This document shows, piece after piece, positions 1-18,500 of a DNA stretch of 64,000 nt (positions are counted from its first letter, which is position 1; each line of letters opens with the position of its first letter). A model generated the notes under the pieces. It saw only the letters and a list, made by a program, of their open reading frames with translations, was not told where the DNA came from and searched no databases. The stretch lies in the NCBI RefSeq assembly GCF_964204865.1, contig NC_135263.1, forward strand, positions 15,624,001 through 15,688,000, given 5' to 3'. Position numbers and translations under genes: made by a program. The DNA is from Styela clava. Its lineage: Eukaryota.

Positions 1-466
1 ACACATACTTCTAGATCTAGAGCACCCTTTCTTGAGTTTGGAGAAAATGAGACCAGAGTTACAGTCTCAGAAAAATAACAAGAATTATATGCCAAATCAT
101 GAGGGATAGGATTCTTGAATCTAGCTAACACCATAATGCACAAAAGTTAGTTAAAACATTTAAACCTGATTTTCTTCAGCACTCATAGTATCACAATCAA
201 GTCCTATGTTCTTCATTGCATCATTGTATATTACATTTTATTCTGAATTTCTGATGTTTGTTCACTTAATCCATTGTAGTAAAAAACATCTGCCACTGAG
301 TTGTCTTAGTGACTATTGTAGTTTGGGATATTCTTCCTTGTCATAAATTCTAATAATGCACATGAATTTGAGACCGGCCAGGGCATATCGCTTTTTTCCA
401 GCCATTGGCATAGCTCGACAAATAATGACAATTCTCTCTTGCTTTATATTATTTTTATTTCCTTAG

Positions 467-4756
<4,290 letters not shown>

Positions 4757-7700
4757 TAAAAACCACTGCTTCATACATTTCCTATTTTCCAGTTAGAATG
4801 TATTTTCTGTCTTACTCATGAAACATATTGTGTGGCTCATATATGGAGAAACAAAAATAATACTCAGTTCTATATGATTTCATGTTACTTACTTCTCAGT
4901 GAATTTCCATTGTCTTGAAACTTAATGTTACCCGAATAGGGCCGGCCCCGTACTTCCCTATGCCCCACACTCATTCTAGGTGTAAATTATTAAATTTGAC
5001 CAATATAAATCATAATCATGTATAAGTCAGCATGTTTATTTGGGCATGCAAGTCTGTTGAAGTAAAATTTTTGTACTTAGTCAAAGGGTAACAAGATGAA
5101 AATGTCCAATTTCTTAGTCGCAGATAGGTCCCACAAAATAAGTTCGGGCTGGCCATGTTCGCAAAGGCTCGTGAGTCGTGATGCAACATATTTTTCAGTG
5201 TTCCATATTTCCGATTCTAGCAATGATGTCAACAATATTGAATATTTTTTTCTGTATTTTTTTGTTTATGTTTGTGTTTTGGTAAAACAATGTTCCAATA
5301 TTGCAAGGTTCATTTTTCTCAGTTAAACGTTATACATGCATATCAGTGGCTAGTCTTTGTAAGACGAAAGGTGTGAATAGGCTCCACATGGAAATGTTAT
5401 TGATACAGACTAGTAATGAATTACATCAATTGTGTCGAACAAGTTACTGAACTGTTTCGAAATGTGTCATCTTCACAAACTAAGTTAAAGTGGAAACGAA
5501 TCTTTGCCCACCCTATTTTCTTACAGCTGAAAATTATTATATGATCACCCTACTAGAAGGTTCAAAAAAATGTCAGGTACTGAATGGAGTTTACACGAGA
5601 TCTAGTGTTATTGTTCTATAGGCAAAGGAAATCTTGAGTGTTGTAGTCAATTGAATCATAATGAGAGATTTCAATAACAATAAAAAAAATAATGCTGGTT
5701 GTGTTGTAGCAAATTGGGAAAACAATAAATTATTCATATCGTATTCATAATTTAAACCAGTTTTGATTATTTAATGTCTCTTTGTGTTACTAGCTGCTAT
5801 CTATTGCAGGTTTTCAATATTTGATGTGACGTTTGATATTTATGTTGTTTATTATAATTGGACCATTGAGATGGGGGTAAATGTTTCATTTAGTAACATC
5901 AAGCATCTCGATTAAAAAAAAAAAAGTTTCTAAAACAATGATTACACACCAGGGTGTGAAACCAATGTACAGTCTGGGCTCCATTTATTTGTTCAAATGC
6001 ATTCATGTCGACAGAAAATAATATAATATATCACCTTTAAGGCTCTCAGTAATTTCGTTTTTTTTATCTGGCTTTTCGATCAGATAGCAACAGCATGCCA
6101 GTGTTTTTGAGTGCATGGTTTAATCATATCTATTTGCATTATGCTCATTGTTATGTTTTTCTCTTAGGAGCTTTGTAATTTACAAAAGTAAAAGAATCAG
6201 ACTTCATACTGCTTGTTTTTTTTAAATATATTTTCCTGTCGGTATTAGTCAAAATGAAAGGACTATTTGGCCGAGAAGTTTTTAAACTGATAATTCTATT
6301 CCATACCCTGTCCTTGGTGGCGGTGGGGTAAATAAACATTTCCAATCTAAATTTTACCAAGAAACGGGTTCTGGGTCATAGGCACTAGGCACACGAAATT
6401 TTGCGATTTTCAATGCCCAGAAAAGCGTTTTTAGACTGTCGTGGGACTCGACAAATCTTATATTGATTACGGTTTTCTTTTCAGTATCTTATATTGCTGC
6501 TTTTCAATCAAAAAATTTAGATAGATCGCGGATTTACTCCATTTGTCTTTAGAACCTCACCGCCGATGAACGTTTAATCGCTCTCACCGAATTCACAATT
6601 CTGTGCAAGTACAAAAATAAAATAAATATCATTGTTACCGTGGCACAAATTTGTGATTTATAGAGAATAAACACCAATGTAAAGGACGTTTACGGCCTAA
6701 ATAACACGCCACGCTGATGAAAACAATCGGCGATTTTAGCAGAGATTTATGCCTGATAAATGGACTGAAGGCGATATTAGAGAGATGAAATTGTTGGCAT
6801 CTAGGGTTAGTGAAGCTCGTGCAATCGGTAGCTCAAAATCCAGGTCAATTGGCGTGTTGACATGCGTATAGTCAAAATTTTATTGTTGCCAGAAACGTTA
6901 TATAAATTTTTTTTTTTTTGTTTATTTCTAAGTACAAGCGAGAAAATATCTTGACACTCGTTTAGTAAATGTGCAAAGAAAATGTCGTTGAGAGCCGGTT
7001 GAGAAGATTTGTATTCAGTGCCACTCCATTCCGCATTCGAATAACTCGGAAGTTTATGTATTTGATTGGTTGTCCAATCGCCATCGTTCTCTACCAATGG
7101 AACTTGAACATCGGGCGTTTTTAGCAGAAGCATTCCGTTTTGGGGAACTCTTTACGATTGGTTTCAGAACAGTTTACTTGGATACCTTCAAATTTTGCAA
7201 TTTACTTGTTGACGATTGTGGTTTATCGTAAATATGGATGATTTTGCGGTAGTCTTTTTTATTATTGATCTTGACCCGAGAGAAGTTTTCTTTGTTGTCT
7301 ACAACCTATCTATGTTCTTTTACTTGGAAAAAGTGGTGAATTTCACCGAAAAAAGAGACACAATGGCTGCATTGAAGGTAAATTCCACCACCTGAATCGC
7401 TGGTGTGACGACAAGTATGTTCCCACCGCTTTGCTCAATTTGCCACTCAGCGACCTACTCACCAAGATATATATCTCAATATCAAATCTACTAACTATAT
7501 AAGAATACTCACGGAATTTGGAGCCTTTACGACCATGTAAGAACGTTTACTATGTATGCGTTTCATTAGAAACCACAATAAGGTCACAATTCGAAACACA
7601 CAAAATTAAAAACCACCAAAAATTTACCTTCATTACATAAACCAAAATCAACTTGCAATAAAGCATGTGTCGGCGACGTTCTTGTTCCTCGAACAGATAT

Positions 7701-7886
7701 TACGTCGCACGACATGTTTTTTAGCCTTAATTAAGTGGTAAATCGTTTTTGTGGTTTAAAATTGTTGAATGAATAGCGCCGTAAGAGCTACTTTTTTCAT
7801 TAATCTTGTTTTCGGTTACTCGACCTGATCCGAACGAATCTTGTATCTCATTTCACTTAAGCTGCCGCTGATCACTGAGTGGAAGT

Positions 7887-10800
7887 ATGATCGTCTTCTG
7901 TGCGCTGTTGGTATTTTGTTTCTTTGAGTTGTCATCTGCTCAGAAAAAAGACTACACTACTGGAGCAGGTATGTCAAAAACTTACAAATGTGTCATTTTT
8001 ACGAATGTGTCATACATCCAAGTAGTTATTTTTTATTATTCTGATATGAATGGGGAAAGTAGCGCTACTAAAAACAATAATTTCCAGGCTTCACAAATTG
8101 GCGTATATACGGCTATTTGAATTCCGTAGTTTTATTGTGTTTATCTTGTTTAAAAATCAATTCTGTATGGTCTTTGCACAAAAAGTATTCTAGGTGTAAC
8201 TAATTTTGTCAAAGTTCGCGACCGCAACGCTCGCATTAGCCTGAAAATTCATGAATTAACCAAATGTTGCACATTAACAATTTTACATTTATGACTAATT
8301 CCTTGCACTCCAATTAGGTACAGACAAAATCAATGACTGTCCAATGTCTTGAACAACACAAAAAAATTTGTGTAAGTAAAAATTCTGCTGTAAATTGAAT
8401 GACATTTGAATTCGTGAAATTTGTTAAAACCTGAATCATATACAGCTTGCGGTTTGTAGCAAAATTTTGGTCCGAATGCATTTGGGATGTAAATTAAGAC
8501 CACCAAGACATTTCAATATAGCCCACAAACCAACTGATAGTCCTCAGATTAAGTGCTGGCATTTTAATGCATTGTGTAATACATTATGTTATAACATGTT
8601 CGTTTCTTATAACCGGTTAGCAATTCGTTGGGTTCACGAAACTGCTACATAAGGAACATTCCTTCCTCTACATCATATTTCCCCCTCCGGCTATCCGTAA
8701 TCTTTTGGCCTCGGCATATGTTGCTTGGAGGCAATTGAGTAACGCGATCGTCGTCGTATTCGTTGGAGTTTTGTCACCTGTCAAACGAGTGTGTCGTATA
8801 AAATTTTTAACGAGATTTCATAGCGGCAATAATCGAAGGTATTGGACTTATCTGACGTGGTGGGGCAACTTCATTTGCACATGGCGAGATTTAAAAGATC
8901 ATCCGACCAGCAAGGTTTGTGTAAAAATATGAGCAATTTTAATTAGTTTTCACCCATATATTATATAAAATTTCGGAGAAAATAACAACCAATCAGGCTT
9001 TTGAAAGAAAGAAATCGTTGCATTGTGTGTGTGCATTGCCGTGTGATTACACAAAGGGCGAATGTGAATAATAATGTTGCCAAAGCAATTTAACATAATA
9101 TTGTTTAGTACCACTTTCGGAAACGATTCCAAGTATGATAACTATTCATTTGCTTTATATATAGATCCTAATAGTATGTCATTTCGATGCATTAGAAATG
9201 ATGTTGCAACTGCAGTAATAAACCACATGTGTGTTCACCACATACAATATTTCCTTTAAGTTTGTTTTCATCACATATATATGATATAGATGTATTTCCT
9301 TTCACTTGGATAACATGGTTAGTTAATAAAGACAGTCTGCTGAAAACCAGTTTAGCTGAAGATAGCTAATGTGTTAAATTAAACATCGTGATGTAGACAT
9401 GTAGATTAGTTGGAATCCATAATTTTGACGGGGTTTATTATCTTTTGAGTAACAGCTGATGCTTATTTGATTCATGCAAAAAATTTTACGTCTGTCGAAC
9501 AACGAGCACCTTGGGCTATGCAATAAAATTGGTCAATGGCTTGTTATCTTTTATGGCTTGCAATAAAGTGTTTCAATCCATAGTGAAAATCTAGTTCTAT
9601 AATAGAGATGGAGATTCGAATAAGTCATGGGTATTGGATATTTCGAATAGTCTAATTTAGTGTGAACGTAGGTCATGTCATTTAGCAGAAAATCTGAGGA
9701 TCAGCTTGCTCACGAAAGACAAGGTAAAACCTAATATATATATATAACAATATACAGATAGTGCAATTCTCCAATAGCATTTAGACATGATTTGGATTTA
9801 ATTGCAGTAACTTGGGATGGTGTGTGTGTATACTTAACGTTGTTGTTTGATTGCGTATCAATGATTCTTAACATTTTTTGATATATTCCTCTCTGCGCCT
9901 ATTTTGGATTTCTGTATTCCTCCTTCGCAACGCATAAAAACCATATTTTTGGACACGTAGTGGACATAACGATCGTTTCAAAATTTTGTTGTTATTGGTA
10001 TTATTATTTGTCTCCGTCAACACGTTTTGAAGAAATCGCTTTTCTCTTCGAATACTGGACCAATGGCTTTGAAATTTCCTGTGGTTAAAGATAAAAATTT
10101 TCTCCAGAAGGCTATTACTTTTTATGTGACTCTACGTGTCCATATATTTGAGCATAGCTCTCTTGTCATTATTAATTGTTCAATTTTAGGCTTTTTTTGT
10201 TGTTGTTACGTGCAACTCGCGTTTCGGGTTTTTCACGGCTGGGATCATGGCCCATAAATATATATATTATGATATATATATGGTATAATATATATTATGA
10301 GGTAACGCTTTGAAATTTCTTCCCCAAATCCTCGAAAATTCCTCTATAGTGAGCAATTTTGCTTAGACTTAGACATATTATGAAGTCTGTGCAAGTGATG
10401 AAATACTAACCATTCGGCTTATGCCTGCATTCAATTCATGGACGCCAGAAATGAAAATTACTTTTTGGATTAGCATTATCCCGAATACGTAGGCCTGAGA
10501 ATAATTTTGTACATTGATGTCCAATATGTCAGAATAGATATGTTCATAGGAATCCCAGCCAAATTGCTTTATGTAACCTTTCCGATTGTGTTAGCATCCT
10601 ATCGAATGATCGTGTATTCGTGAATTGTATCTATCACGCTATATAATACGTAATTTTAGTCTATGAAATCAAGAGCTATCTGTATTGTAGGAAATATTAA
10701 AAAAATAAATGCACTGTAATTCTGCACGGAGGATGTTGACCTCACAAATTATGATGATCAAAAATTAAAGTTAATTGATCGGTAACAAAGTAATACGCTG

Positions 10801-13800
10801 TTAGGGCCATACGAGTCTACGCGGTGAGAAAACCGGTGGTACCAGGTATTATTATCAGGTAGAACAACGAAATGAAGCGCTCAATTATATTCTACACAGA
10901 CTGCCTACGGGTCAAAAACGATTCATTTCTACTGTTAGGAAATACGTGGGTTTATTCTTGAATGTCTACAATTTTATATTATTTGTCACGAAGGAAACAT
11001 GTTACGTGTGACGTTAGGCGACGCTATTCGCAGAAATTTGGATTAATTACAATTTGCAAAAATTGAATGTGAATTTTTTGGCTTTACATAAAATATGTAT
11101 TTCTCTGTTTAGAATGAACTTTATGATGGTTTATTATTTTATACACGTATTTTTGGCGTATTCAATGATTACGAACCATCATGCATTTTGTAGTAGCATT
11201 GTGACGTCACCTTCGTACCAAGCCGCCGTTTATTTTTTATTAATGTCAAAGAGATAATTTGGAATAACAATAAAAAAATTTTCATTCCTTGTTTTAAACA
11301 AAATTTGAGAAAAGTTGATACTTATTCATTTGAATGAAACATGCAGCATTTATATTTATTTTACTTTGTTTTCAGATCAATACGTTCTCACTGTATTTCT
11401 TCCATTGCTTGCTATTGCAATTCTTGCATGTGCCGGAGGATGTTGTTACATGGAACGTCGAAGAAGGCGGAGAAAAAAAAGAAATGGAGGTATATAAAAC
11501 AATATAAATATGTTAAATTTGCCTTAAAGAGTGAGATACGAATGGGTTTGATAAATTTTTAATGTGTAACGTTAGTGACAATATTTCACGCAGTTTTTCC
11601 ATAAATATTAAATCTATACATTTCGCAAAATATGGGTAACAGTGATAATTTTTATGAAAATGTAACAAAACTGACATATTTTAATTGAAAGCATCATCTA
11701 TCAATACTGTAACCATGTTGGCATTATCAGGTATAGATCCTGAAGAACTTCGACAACAGCAAGATTTCGATGACACGGCATCAGTAATAAGCACGGCTTC
11801 TACAAGGAAACGTCATTACCTGAATCCTACACCAACTACAGGTAGGCCCAAATGTTAATGAAATGCTATTATATTAGCGTTTTGTTTTTGCCATACAGAA
11901 ATAAAATGTCACCAATATTCACCAGTTAGTAGCAAGTAGCCAAAATCACACAGTTAATTAAACAAAGCAGTATTGGCGTTATCATGTACATTATCTTCAA
12001 GATTCATATCCAGCCTATATGAAGTAAAATGTTTTCAATGAAATGATTTCTATTTCATTCAAATGTAGTAACCGTGGATATACTTTCCAGGTCGTCTCGT
12101 GAGGGGAGTATCAGTTCGTAGCAATTACTCTACACTCGGAGAACCTCTGTATGAATCGTTCAAGAAAGAAAGGAGTCGCAACTCTACGAGGAATCCTGAT
12201 TATCGCGACGAACGAGGTCACAGGAATCAAGATTTGCCGGATTATGAAGATAGACGTCGACAGCAGAGACCGAATAGTCGTCCTAGCACTGGTTACGGTG
12301 AAAGGCCACTTTCACGCTCTCGTTCGATGGTAGATGTACGATATGGACATGATGACGATTCCGGTAGCCTACGACGTACGAGGTCGTCCACTAACTTGGA
12401 TAAATATAGAAACTCAACAGCTGATTCCGGATATCCAGAGAACCAAAGTCTGGATGAAGCCGATAACATGTATGAGTATTTGAACGGTAGGGCGGGACAA
12501 GAACCACAGGATAATACTTCAAACATAAGATATAATCGGCCGCCTTCTCCGGCACAATCTGACTGGTCGGTACGCACTGCACCTCCACAAACTGGGTACG
12601 ATAATCACATGAAACCGTTGTCTAGCAGGCCGTCTTCGCGGCCCTCTTCAATGGTGGACTTCCCACTTCCACAGGGTGCACGAGAAAGGCGTCCACTTAG
12701 TAGAATGCGGTCTTTGTCACAACCAAATTTAAATGCCATTGGATCTAAAACATACCCGCAAGGAATATTGAAAAAGGGCCCTCCAAGTGATGAGGGAAAA
12801 TATCCAGGAATGTCAAATCAGACTTCAAATTCATCCGACTCGGGTATAAAAGATATTTATGGCGAAATTCCTGATATGACTGGAAGATCATCACGGATGA
12901 GCCAACGTCACATGCTACCAAATATGATGGATGTAAGTAAATATATAGCCTAACACCTGAATATTTTTCGTAACTCCTGTACGTTACTGACTAGTAACTG
13001 TCATATTATATCATTATTTGCTTGTGTAAGCTAAAGTTTACCAAAAAAATCACTATCTTCGAATTATGGTTTTTGACTATGACTAGTTAGTTACTCAGGA
13101 TAATCACACGTGATTCTCGCAGCACAGAGTGGGCAACTTAGGTACCACACGTTATGTGGAACCCGAAAGTTTGCCTCATTTCGTTCAAACTGGTCCAACT
13201 CCATGACTAGTAACTGCCATGCTTAATCATTACAATCCTCGAATTGAAGCTCTTGACTATGACTAGTTACCCAGAATATTCACCAATACTTCTCATAGGA
13301 CAGAGCATGTAAACTAGTTAAGTTTTATGGAACCCACAAGTTTGTCCCATTTCGTTTCAGCCCAAAGGTCTATAGGCCTGCGTGTAAAAAGCTGCTGTGG
13401 TCATGATCGGAACAAAAATATGGGTAAATAATAATGATACACTTTTTATTATTTGCAGGACATGTCAAATTTCAGACCGAGTAGCAGACCCGCATCAGTA
13501 ATGAGCTATGGATCCAACGCAAATCGAAGACAGAGTTATGATCCATATTTCACACCGAACTACGGTAATTATTCTACCGGAATGACGTCACATCACCAAC
13601 ACCGACCACAATCAGTGGGATATAATGAACCTCCTGTATATTCTATTACCGGTAACGGATACCATCAACAACAGATGGGAATGCAAGATATGTATGGGGG
13701 ACATCAGTCACATCATGGTCATAATTACGATCCATATCAGGTATACGGTACTGGATACGGATGGGGTCAGCAAACACATCATCAGGGTCATCGGTACCGG

Positions 13801-13815
13801 GCATCAATGTATTAA
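7887..13815 (+). CDS. Uncharacterised type I single-pass membrane protein, about 501 aa; exons 7887-7968, 11376-11489, 11731-11841, 12091-12932, 13459-13815
   Basis: Signal peptide MIVFCALLVFCFFELSSA, transmembrane VLTVFLPLLAIAILACAGGCCY, polybasic stop-transfer RRRRRRKKR, then a long S/R/Y/P-rich disordered tail. Exon phases 1-1-1-0 join into 1506 nt. An extra exon hidden in the 3.4-kb first intron cannot be excluded. Confidence 0.75.
9930..10260. repeat. Dispersed repeat family; other copies at about 28020-28210, 39230-39500, 39555-39730 and 56740-56835 in the opposite orientation
   Basis: Shared core cgcttttctcttcgaatactggaccaatggctttgaaattt...ggttaaagataaaaattttctccagaaggctattactttt, seen as the reverse complement at the other sites. 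Confidence 0.8.
12985..13360. repeat. Degenerate intronic tandem duplication, unit about 180-190 bp
   Basis: ttgactatgactagtta...ggaaccc.aaagtttg.c.catttcgtt occurs twice; gactagtaactg also recurs. Confidence 0.6.
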
Positions 13816-15131
13816 AATAATTCGGCATCAAACGCCGGAATGTATTACTCGGTTCCATCCAAAACAAAATATTGGAAGCCGACGGCCGCACGTCCGCCAT
13901 TTGCTTGGAAGTGGAGTATGTGGAGAGGCCTGTTCACGAATCCGTACAAAAATGAATTTTTGTTCGGTGTAAGTTTGTCGTACCCTGCTTGCTTTATTGT
14001 GACCTTTGTATAAAGTTTCGATTTATTATTGGCGCAAGCGAGAGTGGTTTTAATAATCAATGTGCAGAGTTTCATCTATCTATTTATTGAATTAAATTTC
14101 CAGTTATATGTTACCAAGCACTTATAGACGTTGAATGCCCTTTTTGTTTCTTATTTTGTACCAGCAAGCAATTTTTATCATTATTTGCATGCCTTACAAA
14201 TCAACTAGAATATATCTGAAGGTTTTTTTTGTTCAATATATTATGCTCAAAAACGCTACTACAATAAAATATTATTACAAAAAGTTGTCTTCAGTTTTAT
14301 GTAATATTAAAAAAATATATATCTTAACTTTCAAACACATGTATCAAGTTTCGAGAAATATGGATCAAGTTAAGCATTATGTTACGAAAGGAGATATGTC
14401 AGTGTTCACTTGCTGGTTTGCTGAACTGTAAAAGAACCAATATGCTCACTTCAATCTTTGGAAAAATAATCAAACATGAGAAATTAACTGTATTATCAGG
14501 GAATATATCTATGCCTCAAATAGACCGCAACTTGTGTGAGTGCGTTGGATCAGTGATACTCAGAATCGACAATATCGACCCCTAGAAGGAGATTCAATGG
14601 GATTTATAAAAAGGAGTGGTAGGAGGTGTATCACGCATTCTCAAAATGTCAGAGTCATCGGCCAAATTGTTTTGTTTATGTGTCTATTGTGAACGTTAAT
14701 AATACCTGATTCATTGGTGATATAATAATAACAAATGTATTGCGTCTTGCTGGATTTGATGTTGTCAGAAGATGTGATAGTTCACAAGATGCGAACTTGT
14801 CTTTGAACTATTTGACATATCAATATTGGCTTGTATTATAAAGATAATATATTATATATATTGTATAATAAAAAAGGGTGTGTCGTTTCTGTTTCTGCAA
14901 ATAGCAACAAAAATCATTTTCTAATTATGAAGAATAGCTTACAAATCGACATAGTAACCCAATTATGTAATCCGATAAACGTAGAATTATCCAACCATAC
15001 AAGAAATCTTTTCGAAATCAAAATAATTATTGAGTACAAATATGCGGAAGGTGACAATTTAAATTTAAATAAAGAAATGACGAATAAATGCGCCAGATAA
15101 CTATTTACCTCATTGTTTTGATAGTGTAAAG

Positions 15132-15387
15132 CAGTGGTTCCCACCATGGGGTCCACAGAGAAGTTGGAGGGGCCACCTAGTTTCATTGTTTGATAAGGCT
15201 ATTCCACAGGGTGTTTCCACTTTGTTGAGCATGAATTGTTTAAACGAAATTGGATTAAAAATTGACTTTGATTGATCTGCCAATCAAAGTAACACTATGA
15301 ATAACACTGGAATGATAAACAGGGGGCCATGACTACCAAAACCCATCCGGATGGGAGCTACGGGATAATAAAGGTTGAGAACCACTG
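15132..15387. mobile_element. hAT (Charlie-like) MITE
   Basis: Ends cagtggttccca / tgagaaccactg; perfect 8-bp TSD gtgtaaag. Confidence 0.9.
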
Positions 15388-15515
15388 GTGTAAAGCTTAA
15401 TATTGAAGATGATAAAAGTGATTTAAAAATCATTGATAAAGTATGTATAAACTAAATTTACGTTCCATATCATTATCTTCTATACAGGTGACATCATCAT
15501 CACGTAAAACATTAA

Positions 15516-18500
15516 TCACGAATTTTTGCTTTGTCTCAATCCTTTAACCTTGTTATCGGCTGCGTCTACCACATGACGTAAAAATCTATATCCCCGGCCC
15601 GAAGAACGTTTTGGAGCTTTGTTTCCCGATCCTTCAGGTAGTAATTCTGAGGCAGATAATTTTTTGGGTGGAGGTTTGTCACGATCTTGTTTTAAAATCT
15701 CCCTGTGAATACGATGTGTTAGTTGTTTTTATTTAATTACAATTAAAGAGTTAAATATATCATTGCGAGTGGGGTTGATGGCGTGATGCACACATGCAGC
15801 CAAAATATACATATACAGCCAACTCATATATATGTATATGCAGTGGCGTATCGAGGGTGTGGCAGCCATGGCTCGTGCCATGGGCGCCGTTTGGACAGGG
15901 GCGCAAAAACGGCGAAATATTTCATTTGTACAATGTTTCAATCAAATAATTTCAAATCGGAAATAATTGAAACTCGTATTTTTACGTAAATAGTAACGTA
16001 CAAGTATCTCAATTCAATAACAGTCGTCAAAAATTGTTAGTCAATGATCAAAGGGGCGCATTTTCAAACTTTGCCATGGGCGCCATTTTACCTAGATACG
16101 CCACTGTGTATATGTGATTAACTGTATATGGTTTGGATGAATGTATATACCTTATGTTTTTGCAAATGTATATTATGTTACAATCATTGTGCTGATTTAT
16201 ACGACTAAATGCTAAACCGTTTAATATGGATTATAAAGTCCAGCCTACGCTATTATCTAAATATGCATTACTTCGCTTTTCTCTTTAGCATCATTTGTGT
16301 TCTCGGATAATTTTTGACAACATCATGCAGATCGTTTTTCTTCAAGATAAACAAGGTAGCAAATCCCGGAGAAAATATGTTTGCAGTTCGTCTGTTTGCT
16401 CCTCCAATGGCAAGAAGACTGAATATAAAATGAAAATGTAAAATATAGAATATGACTTAGAAAGAAACGCACTGCATAACTGTTATAAACTATAGCACAA
16501 AAGCACTAGAATAGCTCTTAAGGGTTTCTTGCCATCCCGTTTCCTAGACATTTACCTGATTTCACCAAATGCTGTTCCAGCTGATAAAGTCGCGAATACT
16601 TGAGCTTTTGTTTCGCCGACAACCTGCACGCAGCCATTACTTATGATATACATTTCTTTCCCGATTTCGCCCTGTGAATTATGATTAGAAGTATTGCCTG
16701 AGTTAATTGGTAGTCGCCGTAGAAACATGACAGATTGCAGCTTGAGTTGTTTATGCTAGTTCAGTGCCCTTACAATACGTACGCATCATCTTAGAAATAT
16801 TTGGGATGTAATAGAATGATGCGTGATTTTCTATAGCCTTGTCCGAGAAAAAAGTTCTATTGAACGAAAGTAACATAATGTAATTTTGAGGATTGAGCAT
16901 CTAATCGCATACATGTACTTAATTGACACGCACGTACAAGTGCAGTAATTAAATCGTTCTTAGTGCCTCTGGCATGACATTATATTTTCAGTTTTGGATC
17001 AGATAGGGTTGCATTTTTGTTAACTTGTCAGGTGTCAAACTAGAATTTACGATTTTTAATTTACCTTCTTACAAATGTAATCTCCTGGAAGATAAAGTAC
17101 TGGACGAAGTTTCAGCACCAAATCGTTTAGTAATTGTTGATCGCACCCTTTGAACAACTGTACTTTGTTTAGAACTGCAATATGTACGTTGATGGCAATG
17201 TCAGCATGCATTTTAACTGGGATCTGACTCAGTAAATGTTCTTCGTCTAAAACCAACAAAAAAAAAAAAAATTGTGAACTATTGGACATAAAATACACGT
17301 TAGTATATATTTGTTGAGAAAACTACGCCAAGCAACCCTTTTCACATAAAAACATCTATCGGCTGTCAATTTCGATTTCGATGACTTAGTATAAAACACA
17401 TTTCACTAAGTGCACAATGGAATTTTCAAATTATAACTGAGAGTAACGACTTACTCACCTAGCCGAAGTAAATATTTTATTAAAGTCAGCAAGCAAGGCA
17501 TAGTGTGTTATTTGAATGGTATACGGGCCCCTACGAGAAACACGAACATAGATAAATGATTAAATACAAATAAAAATAAGCACATATTACCCAATATTTT
17601 TTGAGTTTCCCATGTATATTCAAACCACTGACGAACTTTTTTCTGTACAGATGGTGGAATGTTATTGAGTTCCATGTAATAAATGCAATTATTTTTCTTT
17701 CTTCGATAATCTGCCTGCTCTGCTGAATGTGCTTGAACACAATCTCTAACCTAATTGAAAAAAAAAAAGATAATAAATACTGAAACTGCTTATCTGTTAA
17801 ATTTATATTTTTATAAAAAATTACTGTAAAAACTAACTAACCTGTCCGATGACGATAGAAAATATAAATAAACCCAAGAAAAAATTTGTGCATTGAAAAG
17901 CAAATTCAAAATTTGTCGTTGGATCTCCGACGTTTCCGATCGTAACTGTTGTCAGAAAACCCCAATAAAAACATCTGATGTAGCTATAATTCAATAAAAA
18001 ATAAAATATCGTTAATTTTACATCATACAGTCTCACAATCTGCTGAATGTAAACAATAACAATTATTTTATTTCCACGCACATATGGGTCCCAATATGGT
18101 TTTGTTAGGGTGGATAGCACATATCAGGTTGAAGATGTTTCTAGTATTTCCCATCAAACGATGATTTGAGAATACCATTGAAAGAATCGCGTGTGAAGTA
18201 AATCGCAAATAAGTATAGATCCAAATTGTTAATCTTTGACATTATACACCCTTTACACATCATCAAATAGAAAAGTAAAGGGAAGAAATCTGAGTCAGAA
18301 TTCCATCCGAATCCGAAATCGCGAATCACAAAATTTTGTTTCGAATAGGAGGGAATATTTTCTCGTTTTGTAAAAATAGTTCTAGTACTAATCAACACAG
18401 CCGAAATGGTTTAAATAAATTTAACGATATTTATGCTCATAAAAGTTAAGTTTAGTGACCTGGCTTAGAGACTTGGCCATGTCAACAATAACGTTCTGTA

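Noticed and set aside
6540-7400. Coding-like patch and 108-aa ORF (6807-7133); NLTADERLIAL and KWTEGDIREM loosely recall piggyBac transposase motifs
   Set aside because: The motifs are in the wrong order, every frame is interrupted, and no TTAA-flanked TIRs were found.
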